From Dictyostelium discoideum (Eukaryota), in NCBI GenBank assembly GCA_000004695.1, contig CM000152.2:4384001-4448000 (forward strand): a DNA stretch of 64,000 nucleotides. Direction: 5' to 3'. Under the pieces are notes generated by a model, which worked only from the letters and a program-made list of their open reading frames with translations, was not told the origin of the DNA and did no database searches. The position numbers and the translations under genes are program-made. This document shows, in pieces, positions 37,049 to 50,535 of this stretch. Each line of letters opens with the position of its first letter. The stretch's first letter is position 1.

Positions 37049-37316
37049 ATGTTTGCTTTAAGATCAATTCGTTCAGCTACTAAAGCTTTCCAAACCACTT
37101 CAATTGTTTCTCAAAGGTATAAAAATAAATATAAATATAAAAATAAAAATAAAAATTAGATATACAAATATATAAACATTGTTTTTTTTTTTTTTTGTGA
37201 TCTTATTTTATGTCAATGAAATAAAGTAAAAACAAAATACAACAAACAAATAATAAAAAAATAATGACAAAATAAAGATAAAAATATAAAAATAAAAATA
37301 TAAGATTATTGAATGG

Positions 37317-37357
<41 letters not shown>

Positions 37358-37920
37358 ACATAGTTTAGTAAATACTAATTTGAAACATTATAAAATAAAA
37401 TATTTATATAAAATATATTTAGAGGATTTTTACAAACTACCCTTAAAAACGTCCTCTTCCCAACTGAAAGACAATTAAGACGTCAATACTTAGCTGATAA
37501 TCACATCAAAGTAGGTTCACCAGAATTCGATAAATTTTATGAAGATTTACAACCATCAGAACTCTCAAAACAATCTGGTTTAAGTGATGCCCTCCTCGAT
37601 GACCCAATCCTCCACATTTGTGTCATCAAATACAACAAAAACATTGTCCAAAGGTAAGTAATCAACCAAACACTCAAATTTAATATAAATAAAACTGAAC
37701 GAATTGAATTATAAAAAGAAAATAGATATAAAAATCAATATATACTAATAATTAAAATCAACAATAACAGATACAACTTAACCCCAGAACAAGAAAAAGA
37801 TATCATGGAAAACTATAACGTTAGTGCTGGTGACCCATCACTCGAACAAATTTTACCAATCCCAGTCCCAGCAGTAAATATTACATTATTATTACATTAT
37901 TATTTTTATTTTTATTTTTA

Positions 37921-37999
<79 letters not shown>

Positions 38000-38099
38000 A
38001 TTTATAAAGTACACATTTACTAACTCAATATATATAATATTAAATCAATTTTAGCATATCTTCGAAGAGTTACCAATTGTCAAAGTTTTAAATAACTAA
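37049..38099 (+). CDS. Small (about 148 aa) probable mitochondrial protein, 4 exons: join(37049..37116, 37423..37653, 37771..37873, 38055..38099). Identity unknown.
   Basis: N-terminus MFALRSIRSATKAFQTTSIVSQR has a presequence-like character (basic, hydroxylated, no acidic residues). Donors GTATAA/GTAAGT/GTAAAT and T-rich...AG acceptors keep the frame across all joins. Intron 3 contains a (TAT)n microsatellite. Ends ...HIFEELPIVKVLNN*. Confidence 0.5.
37926..37997. repeat. (TAT)n microsatellite in intron 3 of the small mitochondrial-type gene
   Basis: Direct tandem repeat. Confidence 0.9.
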
Positions 38100-38700
38100 A
38101 TAGGTTTATGTAATTACATACTGATGTACTTTCTTTTATTACACTGAATGGTGAAAAATATAAATTTCAAAAAAAAAATAAATAAATAAATAAAAAAACC
38201 CAAAAAATAAATAAAAAAAACAATTGATATATAATAGTAATAATAATAATAGTAATAATAATAATATTTCTTTATGTAGTATTTTTTTTTTTTTCTTTTT
38301 TTTTTTTTTAATAAAATTTATTTATTAAATATTTTCATAATTAAAGTAAAATAAAGTAAAATAAAAAAAAATAAAATAAAAAAATTAAAATTAAAATAAA
38401 AACAAGATATTAAAATTTTTATTCTTTTTTTTTTTTTATTTTTTTTATTTAATCTTTTTTTTTAATTTACTTTAATTATAATGTTGGAAATGTTGAGTTG
38501 TTGATTTGCTCAAAATAAGTAAATATACCCCAAGAGCGCCAAAAAAAGATTGGTAGATCCATTTTTTATAATTATTTGATTTATTTGGATGAATATCCAA
38601 CTAATCAATAAAATGATATTATTAAAGAATACCTATTCTCTAATGTTACCGACACCAACATTACTAATAAAAAATATGGCAACAATAAATGGATGCAAGA

Positions 38701-39161
<461 letters not shown>

Positions 39162-39805
39162 ATTATAGTTTTTGTCTTTATTTAATTTTTTAATTTTTTA
39201 TTTGTTTTGTGTTTAGAAAAAAAAAAATAAATAAAAAATAAATCACATCCTTTGCAAAGGATATTTCTAATTTTTAGATTTTCATTTATTTTATTTTATG
39301 GTATGATCCACCCTCTTTTTGAAAAGAGGATTATTTAAACAGATATTTAACTCGAAATTTTAATCCCTTTACAATAATTTTCAAAAATAGTCTTTTATTG
39401 TGAAAATCTTTTTTTTTTTAGACTTTACTATTTTTTTTTCATTGAAAAAACGTATTCTTTTTGGTTCTTTTTTTTTTTTTTTTTTTGTTTTTTTTGTAAA
39501 ATAAGTTTTTGTTTTTTTTTTTTTTTTGTTTTTATTTTTTTTTTTATTTTTTTTTTTTATTTTTTTTTTTTATTAAAACTTGCTGTATTTGATAAATGAA
39601 TTATGACACTTTAGTTGGTGTGATTTTGTATACATTTTTTTTTTTTTTTTTTAAATGTATTTAATTTAATTATTTTTTTTATTTTTCATTATCTTTTTAC
39701 AATTTCAATCATGGACAGATAATAATTAAAAAAATAAATAAAAATAAAAAATTTCTTTTTTTAAATGTGTATTTTTTTTTTTTTTTTTAATATTATTATT
39801 ATTAT

Positions 39806-40200
39806 TTATTTTCCAGGATCATTTTCAGTGTTATTATATTGAGCGACAATAAAGTAAGACCACATAGCTTTATCACCTCTATGAAGGAAAGAATTGAATG
39901 GAGAATCGATTGAACCAGTGCGGTTGCCAATCTTGATATTCATCATCGATTTCATATACATATTTGTTGTTAAGACCCTGAAAATGAGCATTACTTTCAA
40001 ACAACCATCTTAAATTGGGTTGTTCTTAGAGTGAATATGCATCATCCAAAGCTACTAATACAGTAGCCTCCAGACGAATATTCTGTTTTGTAATTTGTGC
40101 CATGTTCTTCATTCCAACGCTGTAATATTCCTGGTGTATCTGTTGCAACATCATAACCAATTGCAACACACAATTATAATGGCAAATATAATTAGACAAG
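39806..40200 (-). pseudogene. Scrambled fragments of a BBE-like FAD-oxidase paralog (pseudogene debris) downstream of the intact gene
   Basis: 39806..39925 encodes RTGSIDSPFNSFLHRGDKAMWSYFIVAQYNNTENDP, near-identical to residues of the intact gene (about 120 bp, roughly 90% nt identity to 40820..40935). 40060..40200 encodes AIGYDVATDTPGILQRWNEEHGTNYK, which resembles the BBE C-terminal region. This piece lies upstream of the first, the reverse of their order in the protein. Stops and frameshifts between the pieces. Confidence 0.6.
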
Positions 40201-40610
40201 AACTGTTAGCATTACAAGAATATTATTAATAATTATCAAATTATTAAATTATTATAAAAATTAAATTAAAAAAATTAAAATTTAAAAAAAAAAAAAATTT
40301 TTTTTTTTTGATTACAAACACCCAACACCACAATACTCAACACCACAACTTTAAAACAATAAAATAATGTTTAAACATGTATATATAAAACCAAAATTGA
40401 CCTCTGAATCCACCTCTTCTTGCTGTTTTGATTTAACTCTTATTTAAAATGTTAAAATTTTATCTTTAGAAAAAAATTAAAATAAAAAAAAAAAAAATAT
40501 AAAAAAAAATAAAAAAAAAAAAATGGAAAAAGTGTTTAGAAAAAAAAAAAAATTAATTATTATTTAATAAAAGTATTATTTTAATTGTTTAATTTAATTA
40601 TTAAATTTAT

Positions 40611-42259
40611 TTATTTCTTTGGTAATTCAATTGATTGTGGATAATTAAAATAATTATTTGGATCATATTTTCCTTTAATTTCTTGAAGTTTTTTATAATT
40701 TGATTTGGTGACATAGAGTCCGGTTTGCCAATCTTCAAATTCATCATCTGGATAGTTATTATTTAATTTATCACCAATTGAAGAGAGTTTAGAGTTTACA
40801 AGTTTTCTAAGACCAGAGAATAATGGATCATTTTCAGTGTTATTATATTGAGCGACAATAGTGTATGACCACATAGCTTCATCACCTCTGTGAAGGAAAG
40901 AATTGAATGGAGAATCGATTGAACCAGTTCTATCTTGATTTTGTTTACCACCATGATAGAAAATAGCTTGATTAATATTTAACAATGTTTCTGGTTTAAC
41001 TAAAGAGGTTGAATTGATGATATTGGTGACGGCATATTTATAGAAATCGTTGATAGCCTTTGGTACATCGTTTTTAGATAATTTCTTAACGAATCTTCCT
41101 TTGGTGAATTGTCTTAATGGATTATTATCATAACTCATTGAGCTAATGACTTCCCAGAATGTTTTCTTTAAAGTTTGGATATCCATGGTGGTGACTTTAC
41201 CCAATGGTGTACAGGTTGGATTTGATGGTGGACAAAGGAAACCGGTTAACAATTTTCTGAATTCGAAATCGCCCTCTTCAAGTGGACCATTGTAAAAGAA
41301 TGTAATACTAGCGGATGGAGTCATATTTGCGGATTTCAAAGTTAATTGAGAATACATATTGGCATAGATATTTTCACGAGTTTGTTCAGTGGCAGAACGT
41401 ACATAAGAATCCAATAAGGCGAGAGCTTTATCTAAATTGACAATATCGAAACGAATGGTATTCTTGTAAAAGTATTGTGGAATTGGGTAAACTTTAATTT
41501 TGTAATCTACAACAACACCAAAACCACCACCACCAGAACCAGCCAATGCCCAATAGAGGTCACTATATTTATTCTTTGGATTGGCTTTAACAATTGAACC
41601 ATCTTCAAGTACAACGGTGAATTCTAATATGTTATCAGCCATATAACCATATTTACCACCAAAGTAATTTGATCCACCACCCAATACAACACCCATACCA
41701 ACAGTTGGACAACTACCAGCAGTTGTTGCCAATAATAATTTAGTTGTGGCATTATATAATTCAATAACTTGTACACCAGCTTGTACAACAACAGTTTGAG
41801 CTTCAACATCAATTTCAATACCTTTTAATGAACTTAAATCAATATTAACAGTTTTATTTAACATTGAAAATTGTGTTGCTGAATGACCACCTGATCTAAT
41901 TGATACCTAAAATTAAATTAATTTTTTAAAAAAAAAAAAAAAAACAAAAAAAAAAAAAATTAATTAATTAATTAATTGAATTTAAATTTTTAAAAAAATA
42001 ATAAAATGATTTTATAAAAAAAAAAAAAATAAAAACTTACACCTCTATTAATACTTTGTGCATATAAAATTGCATCACTAATTTCAGAAGCATTCGTTGG
42101 TTTAATATAACAGTATGCTCTATTATTCATTAATGGATTAATAAATCTATAATAATTTGGATTATTATAATCAACACATTGGACGGCTTGAGTTTTTGAA
42201 ATTTGATTAATAGTAATTAATACAAATGATAAAAATAATAAAATATTATTTAATTTCAT
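40611..42259 (-). CDS. Secreted FAD-linked oxidoreductase, berberine-bridge-enzyme-like (PCMH-type FAD-binding + BBE C-terminal domain), 2 exons: complement join(42041..42259, 40611..41906)
   Basis: Exon 1 has a signal peptide (MKLNNILLFLSFVLITINQISKTQA) and joins via GTAAGT/...TTTTAG. Exon 2 begins VSIRSGGHS (the FAD-binding RSGGH motif) and has a GSCPTVGMGVVLGGG glycine-rich loop. The C-terminus ...GKYDPNNYFNYPQSI matches the BBE-domain signature. In frame with ORF 40611..41864. Confidence 0.8.
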
Positions 42260-42289
42260 TTTATTTTTTAAAAAATATTATTTAATTAT

Positions 42290-42325
<36 letters not shown>

Positions 42326-42531
42326 CAATATGTTTATGGTTTTTTTTTTTTTTTTATTATTAAAAATACAAAAAGGTTATTTTATTTTATTTTATTTATT
42401 ATTACAATATTTTTATTAGTTTTTATGGAAATACAATTTTAATGGTACAATTTATTATTATAATTATTTTGGATGATTAAAAAAAAAAAAAATAGTTCAA
42501 TTTATAATAAAATATTTAGAGGGAAAATAGA

Positions 42532-42581
<50 letters not shown>

Positions 42582-42889
42582 TAATTAAAATATCAGAATT
42601 TTTCTTAAATAATCATTGCGAGTACACAAGCAATGAATTTGTGACCTTTTAGTTTTTTTTTTTTTTTTTTATCTGAAAACATAAAGTTCAATGAATAGAA
42701 GGAAAATATCTTTTTTTTTTTAGCGAATTTTTAAAAAAAAAAATTTTCCAACCAATTTTTAGCGATTTACTTTTAAAAAAATGCGAGTAACTCTTTGAGA
42801 TTAAAATATCTAAATAACCAGAGTTATAAAAAATAAAAAAAATCTTTTATTTACCTAAAATCTCAAAAATAATTTGATTCTAATCATTT

Positions 42890-42920
<31 letters not shown>

Positions 42921-43174
42921 TTAAAATTAAAAGAAAAAGAAAAATCTAAAAAAAAAAAAAAAAAAAAATTTTAGTCTTGATAAAAAAAATGATTTATTAT
43001 TCGTTCGTTCATTCCATTTTTTTTTTTTTCTTTTGTCTGAAAAAAAAAAAAATCAAATATCTTTTCCTAATTTTTTTTTTTTTTTTTTTTTTTTCATTTT
43101 TTTTTCATTTTTTTTTTCTTTATTTTTTTTTCTTTATTTTTTTTTTCTTTATTTTTTTTTTTTATTCTTTTTTC

Positions 43175-43219
<45 letters not shown>

Positions 43220-43472
43220 CTTTATTTTTTTTTTTTTATTAAAACTCTTTATTTAAATTTCTTGTTACCAATATGGTAATGTTGAAAATGGAAATTATTT
43301 AATTTGAGAAAAAATAAAATCAAAAATTAAAATTATTATAATTATAAAATCTAAATAATAACCACACTATATGAATTAATATATATTGTTTATTTAATTT
43401 TGTGTAAAATCATTCAAATGTTAGCGTTTGTAAACACTTGGTGGTTGAACATAATTATAAAATTAATTTTTT

Positions 43473-43533
<61 letters not shown>

Positions 43534-44569
43534 GGATCTGAAAAAAAGTCGATATAATCACACCCCTATTAATATTTTTAAAATAAATTTAAATAAATTC
43601 AATGTATTCAATTATAGCCTAACTGTTTGATAGTATTAATAATCCACTATATCAACATTTAGATTGGCCTTCAATATTATGTGCACTTTATTCTTTTCAA
43701 ATTTTAAAAATAACACTAATATATTGAACCTTTGATTTCAACTAAAATAAAAATATATTATACTCTAAAAAAGGTATGTAGTTAAATTGCTATTATTATT
43801 ATTTTTATTTTTTATTTGAACAGAGGGTGTGTGGGTGTGCATTCAAGTGGTTATCATAATAATTTGGAATTCCTGAAAATAAAAAAAAAAAAAAAAAAAC
43901 AATTCACACACAATCAGTTTCTATTTATAAATATTTTTTTAAACAAAATGAAAATAAAAAAAAAAACATTTTATTTTTTTTATTTTTTTATTTTTTTTTT
44001 TATTTTTTAATTTTTTTTTTTTGGAATTTTTTTTTTTTTTTTTAATGTCATCTAAAAATACACGCACCTGTGTGTTTTTTTCTGTGTGTGTGTTGAAACA
44101 ACCCTTTTTTTAATTATTATTATTTTTATTTTATTTTTTATTTTTTTATTTTTAAATATAGTAATATTACATCAAAAATAAAAAAAATAAAAATAAAATT
44201 TAATGTTTTTTTTAATTTTTAACATTAAAAAAAAAAAAAAAAAAAAAAAAAATTAAAAATAGTTACTTCTCTCTTTCACACCACAACAACAACCAACAAC
44301 CAAATAGAATATTTATTCAATTTTTTATATTTATTCAAATTAATAATAATAGTTATACAATAACTATTTAGATAGATATCAAAATAACATAATACAATTT
44401 AAATGTGTTGGGAAATAACAAAAACAACATATTAAAATAAATAAATAAATTAAAAAAAAAACAAAGAGAAAGAGAAAGAGAGAAAATCAATCTAATAGGG
44501 AAACTTTTTTTTTTTTTTTATAAAAAATAATTGTAATAATAATTAATTCACAATCAATATTTCATATAC

Positions 44570-44603
<34 letters not shown>

Positions 44604-44700
44604 AAAAGTATTTATCATTTTCTTTTTGTAAATTCATCACCATCATTATAACCAACACTTCTATATAATATTAATAGTAATAATAATAATAATATTAATA

Positions 44701-44755
<55 letters not shown>

Positions 44756-45231
44756 CAACAATAATACAACTCACCCACCCACACACTTCACACACACCAC
44801 CCAATCTTTTTTTTTTTCTATTTTTTTTTTTTTTTTTTCTTTTTCTTTTTTTTTTTTTTTTTAACTCCTTATAATTTGATTATTTTTTTTGTATTCAATT
44901 TTTTCTTTTTTATTTTTAATTTTGTTAATTATTTATTATTATTATTATCATAAATAAACCATATAATTATATATAATATATCCATAAAATTTGTAACTAA
45001 AAAAATATATTAAAATTTCCTACTCTCTAGAAGGAAATTATCTTAACACTGTCGTGACTTTGTCCACATTATTTTAAAAAAATAAAATAAATATATAATA
45101 ATAAAAAAAAAAAAAATAAAAAAAAAATAATTGTAATAATATAGTAACAACAATAAAGACAACAATAGTAATATTAAAAAAAATTAAAAATTTTAAAAAA
45201 AAAAAAAAAATAAAAAAAAAAAAGAAAAATA

Positions 45232-46227
45232 ATGTACTCAGAAGATCCAGAAATTCCTATGAATCAAGAACCATTTAATAACAGTAATAATGTATCATTT
45301 AATAATTTTAATAATTTTATGAATGTAAGTTATTTGTTTTGTTTTTTTTTTTTTAATTACATTTTATATGTGTATATTAATAATATAATTTTATTTTTTT
45401 GTTTTATTATTTTTATTATTTTAGCCAAATGAAGAGGAACCAACAGAAGAGAAAACAGTTGCACCAAGAACAGTACATATTGGTAATTTAGAACATAATT
45501 ATAAACATGGTTATGGTAAGAATGAGATTGCAACCTCTAGATACTCTAGCATTAGTCGTATACCGCGTATCATTGTATCACAATTGATTCGTTTAATCAA
45601 TGTTTACTTTATAATCATCATAGTTTTATCTTTTATTGATGGTGTAAGTCCAACTGGTAAATTTACAACATTAGGTCCTTGGTTAATTACAATTACAATT
45701 TCAGTTTTAAGAGAAATTATTGAAGATTTAGTAAGTGTGGTGGTGTTGTTTGTTTGTTTGTTTGTTTATTATTAATAATAATAAATAATAATTATATTAA
45801 TATATTTTTAATATTTTATTTAATATAGAAAAGACAAAAACAAGATGAAGCAGTAAATTATGGTACATCAGAAGTATTTAGAAATGGACAATTTGTTCAA
45901 ACATTATGGAAAGATATTAGAGTTGGTGATATTGTTAAAGTACGTAATAGACAATATTTTCCAGCTGATATTTATATATTTTCAACTAGTGAACCAGAGA
46001 ATGTTTGTTGGTTCGAATCAAAGAATTTAGATGGCGAAACCAATTTAAAACAAAGACAAGCCACAAAAGAAACAATTTATCTAAAAGATAATGCTGAATT
46101 ACTTTCAAATTTTTGTGGTTTAATTGAATGTAATTCACCAACTAAAGATTTACTACATCTTAAAGGTTCTTTCTTTTTTGATGATAATTATGTAATTTTA
46201 ACACCAAAACAATTATTATTAAGAGTA

Positions 46228-46323
<96 letters not shown>

Positions 46324-49300
46324 TATAATTTATAATATATTTTTATTTATAATTATTTATTAATATAATATATCTATTTATAATTATTTATTTATTTATT
46401 TATTTATTTTAAAAGGGTACAAAATTAAGAAATACAGAGTGGATTAATGGTGTTGTAATGTATACTGGTATTGATACAAAATTAATGCAAAATACAGAAA
46501 AAGTTAAAGAAAAGAAAAGTCATATTGAAGATTTGACTAATCATTTTATAATATTCATATTTTTTTTACAAATTTTATTATGTGGTGGTAGTGCAATTGC
46601 AAATGGTGTTTGGAGTACAAGTAATCACGATGTTTGGTATTTATTATTTACAGCAACTGGTATAGTGGAGGGTGGTAAATCATTTTTAACATTCTTGGTA
46701 CTCTATAATAATATTATACCAATTTCATTCTATGCTACAATTGAAGTGGTAAGATTCATTCAAACCTGCTTCATTAATAATGATGTTGAAATGTATCATG
46801 AAGAAACTGATACACCAGCACTTGTAAAAACTGCAAATTTAAATGAGGAATTAGGTCAAATTGAATATGTTTTCACTGATAAAACTGGTACTTTAACTCA
46901 AAATGCAATGACTTTTAAAAAATGTTCAATTGGTGGTTATGTTTATGGTGATAATTCAAGTACAAATACAAATAGTAACAATAATAATTATGATGATAGT
47001 AATGGTGGTGCAAGTGGTAGTGGTAATGGTAATGAAATTAGATCAAATGAAATGATGTCATTAGAAATACCAATTTCACCAACTTATCATACTGGTATTA
47101 CAAATTATGATTTAAATAATAATAATAATAATAATAATAGTAATAATGGTAATGGTAATGGTGCTGGTTCATCATCATCATCAAATTCAAATTCAAATTA
47201 TACAAAACAATTAATACCATTTGTTGATTTAAATGATGATAAATTATTAGAAGATTTACACGCAAAGAATGAACAATCAAGATTGATTGAAGAATTTTTC
47301 TATGTTTTATCAATTTGTCATAGTGTTATACCATTACAAGAGGATGGTAAAGTTAGTTATATTGCAACATCACCCGATGAGAATGCATTGGTATTTGCTG
47401 CTAAATCATTTGGATTCGAATTCATACACAAGACAACCAAAGCGGTCTATTTAAAAAAGAATGGTGTCGAAGATTTGAAATTTGAGTTATTGAATGTTTT
47501 AGACTTTTCATCGGAACGTAAGAGAATGAGTGTCATTGTCAAGACGCCAACTGGTAGGATCATGTTATATTGTAAAGGTGCGGATTCAGTGATCTTTGAT
47601 AAATTGGCACCCAATCAACCAAATGCCGATACTTCAATTACTCACATTCAAGATTTTGGTTACCAAGGTTTAAGAACACTTTGTGTGGCCTCCACTCAAT
47701 TGGATGAACGTGTCTATCAACAATGGGCACAACAATATCATGCGGCTTGTTCATTAACCATTGGTTTGGATGTACCTTCACAATTGGAGAAAGATAAAGA
47801 GATTGAACGTGTTGCTGAATTGATTGAAACCGATTTCCAATTGTTGGGTGTAACCGGTGTTGAAGATAAACTTCAAGAGGGTGTACCTGAAACCATTCAA
47901 TTACTAACTGAAGCCGGTATTAAAATGTGGATGTTGACTGGTGATGGTCAAGAGAATGCTATCAACATTGGTTATAGTTCAGGTTTAATGAATGAAAATT
48001 ATGAAATGATCATTATCAATGAACGTACAAAAGAGAATGCAATTCAAGAATTAAATAGACATGTTGGTGAACAAATTATACTTCAACAGGAGAATAATAA
48101 CAATAATAATGATGGTAATGATTCAAATAACAACAATGGTGGTGATGATGATGATGGATCAATTACAAGAAATGAAGAAAGAAATAAATTGGTATTGGTT
48201 ATTGATGGTGGTACATTAAAGTTTGTATTGGATGATGCAGTTGGTTTTACATTCCTTAGATTGGCTAAAATGTGTGATACTGTTATATGTTGTCGTGTTT
48301 CAGCACATCAAAAATCAAAGATTGTTAAATTGGTACGTAAAACATTTGCTCCAAAAACTTTGGCAATCGGTGATGGTGCCAATGATGTAATGATGATTCA
48401 ATGTGCTCATGTTGGTATTGGTATCAATGGAAAGGAGGGTAATCAAGCCATTTATGCAGCAGACTATTCAATCTCTCAATTTCAACATCTTGGTCGTTTA
48501 TTGATGGTGCATGGTCATCATAGTTATCGTAGAATGTCAAAACTCATTTGTTATATCTTTTATAAAAACATTGTACTATACTTTTGCCAATTTTTATTTG
48601 CCATTTTCTCTGGTTGGTCAGGTCAAACATTATTTGAAACTTATAATCTAACAGCCTACAGTGTAGTTTACACTCTCATACCATTGATCGTCTATTGTGT
48701 CTTGGAAAAGGATGTCAACGAGCGTACAATCTATCAACATCCTCAACTTTACAAAGAAGGTATTCAACATAAATATTTCAATCATTTCACTTTTCTACAA
48801 TGGATTGCCAATGGATTCTATCATGGTTTCGTGGCCTTCGCTTTGGTGTATTGTACAGTGGTAAAGAGTAATCCATTCACCAATGGTCAAACTCAAGAAC
48901 TTTACGCATTTGGTATCATTGTCTATAGTTGTGTCATGCTAATTGTCACCTTGAAATTGGCTTTGGAAACTCATCATTGGACTTGGATCAATCATTTGGC
49001 AATGTGGGGTAGTTTAGTGGTATTCTTCATTTGGAATGTAATTTATGCAACTATCAATACCACCGCCGTCGGTTCAAATGTTTACTACGCCATCTTCCAC
49101 ATTGGTGAATCGGCTCACTATTATCTACTCTTGGTTTTCGTACCAACTTTAGCCCTTTGGAGAGATTTCACTTGGAAATATGTTTATCGTACTTTCTTAC
49201 CTGATCAGTCTCATATCATTCAAGAAATTCAAAGAAAAAATAATAATAACGCTGCTAATAGCAAATTTAAAGATGATTTAGATATTAAATCTTATCGTCC

Positions 49301-49391
49301 TAATAATGTAAAAAGATCAACTTCCTCTTATTCAATTTCTCAAGAAGGTAGTAATTCAATACCTTTAAAAAATTTAAAAAATTCTAATTAA
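45232..49391 (+). CDS. P4-type ATPase (phospholipid-transporting flippase), about 1257 aa, 4 exons: join(45232..45324, 45425..45730, 45829..46224, 46416..49391)
   Basis: All three donors are GTAAGT/GTAATT and acceptors T-rich...AG. Frames verified by codon counting. Motifs: [41 protein letters not shown] (P4 signature), DKTGTLT (phosphorylation site), TGDGQENA, GDGANDV, and 10 TM-like helices. Large N/G/S-rich low-complexity inserts in cytoplasmic loops. Confidence 0.9.
46228..46322. repeat. (ATT)n microsatellite (about 31 units) forming most of P4-ATPase intron 3
   Basis: Direct tandem repeat between donor GTAATT (46225) and acceptor at 46415. Confidence 0.95.
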
Positions 49392-49624
49392 TAATAATAA
49401 ATAAATCAATAAATGTATATATTTAATTTTAAAAAAAAAATCAAAATCAAAATCAAAAAATCAAAAAAATTGTGTGAATTTTTTTATTTTTTTTTTTATT
49501 TTTTATTTTTTTTTATTTTTTTTTTTTTTTCGTCAAATTTTTTTTTTTTGATTTGAAATTTTTTTTTTTTTTTCATTTTTGATTTTCATCATTTTTTTGA
49601 ATAACAAATACATATACAACAACA

Positions 49625-50218
49625 ATGGCTGATTCAGATGTTAAAAAAGTTACTAAAGGAGAAAAGAAGACTCGTGAAGCTATGAAAAAATTAGGTTTAG
49701 CTCCAGTCAGTGATATCTTCCGTGTTACCATTAAACAAAAAGAAGGTGTAAGTATTTTTTTTTTTTTTTTTTTTTTATTATTTTATATTTTAAGCAACAC
49801 AAAAAATATTAATAAAATTTTTTAAATAAATAAATATAAATGAAAATTATATATATAGGTCTTAGTTGTTGTTGCTGAACCAGAAGTTTATGCTTCCCCA
49901 TCAGGTGAAACCTACGTAGTTTTCGGTGACCACTCATTCGATGATATCGCCAGTCGTTTACAAAAAGCTGTCCCAAAGGCCAACGTTGATGACATCGTCA
50001 AAGCTGCCATGCCAGCACCAACTGCCGTCAAAGAATCTGAAGAATCAGAAGAAATCGTCGCTCAAGCCGTCGACAGCTTTGATTACAAAGGTGTCAACCC
50101 AAAGGATGTCGAAGTCGTCATGAAGGAAACTAAAGCCTCAAGAGAAAAAGTCGTTGAAACTTTAATTGCCACCAAAAACGATCTCGTCTCTGCTGTCTTA
50201 GAACTCACCACCAACTAA
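49625..50218 (+). CDS. nacA: Nascent polypeptide-associated complex alpha subunit (NAC-alpha) with C-terminal UBA domain, 2 exons: approx. join(49625..49745, 49866..50218)
   Basis: MADSDVKKVTKGEKKTREAMKKLGLAPVSDIFRVTIKQKE | VVVAEPEVYASPSGETYVVFGD... aligns by eye with the NAC A/B domain of NACA/Egd2. The C-terminal UBA-like block is NDLVSAVLELTTN. Only the donor GT at 49746 (GTGTAAGT) paired with the acceptor CCTTAG at 49865 keeps the frame. The better-looking GTAAGT at 49748 and TATATAG at 49857 do not. The exact join is therefore uncertain. Confidence 0.8.
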
Positions 50219-50231
50219 ATAAATTTCTAAA

Positions 50232-50273
<42 letters not shown>

Positions 50274-50307
50274 ATCATTATTTTATTTATTTTTATATTT
50301 AAAGATT

Positions 50308-50535
50308 TCATGTAATTTACAATGTAGCAGTATATCACCAAATGAAATATTTTATTACAGTGATCAAAACTTAAGTTCAAATGAAACTGATATTATAAAT
50401 AGTACTGATTGTTTATCATGCCATTCAAATTCATTTGTTAATGAAATATCAGGACTATTATATCCATCTCCAATTAGGCTCAACATCATTCCATTGTGAT
50501 GTTAAAATTGAAGAAATTAAATTATCATTAATTTA
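50308..50535 (+). pseudogene. Duplicated 3'-end fragment (about 230 bp, roughly 90% identity) of the downstream tgr-like gene. No start, truncated.
   Basis: TCATGTAATTTACAATGTAG...ATGAAATATCAGGAC...CCAATTAGGCTCAACATCATT...GATGTTAAAATTGAAGAAATTAAATTATCA matches 53768..53990 of the tgr-like CDS. That is the last IPT/TIG-distal extracellular segment before the TM helix. There are scattered substitutions and indels. Confidence 0.8.
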
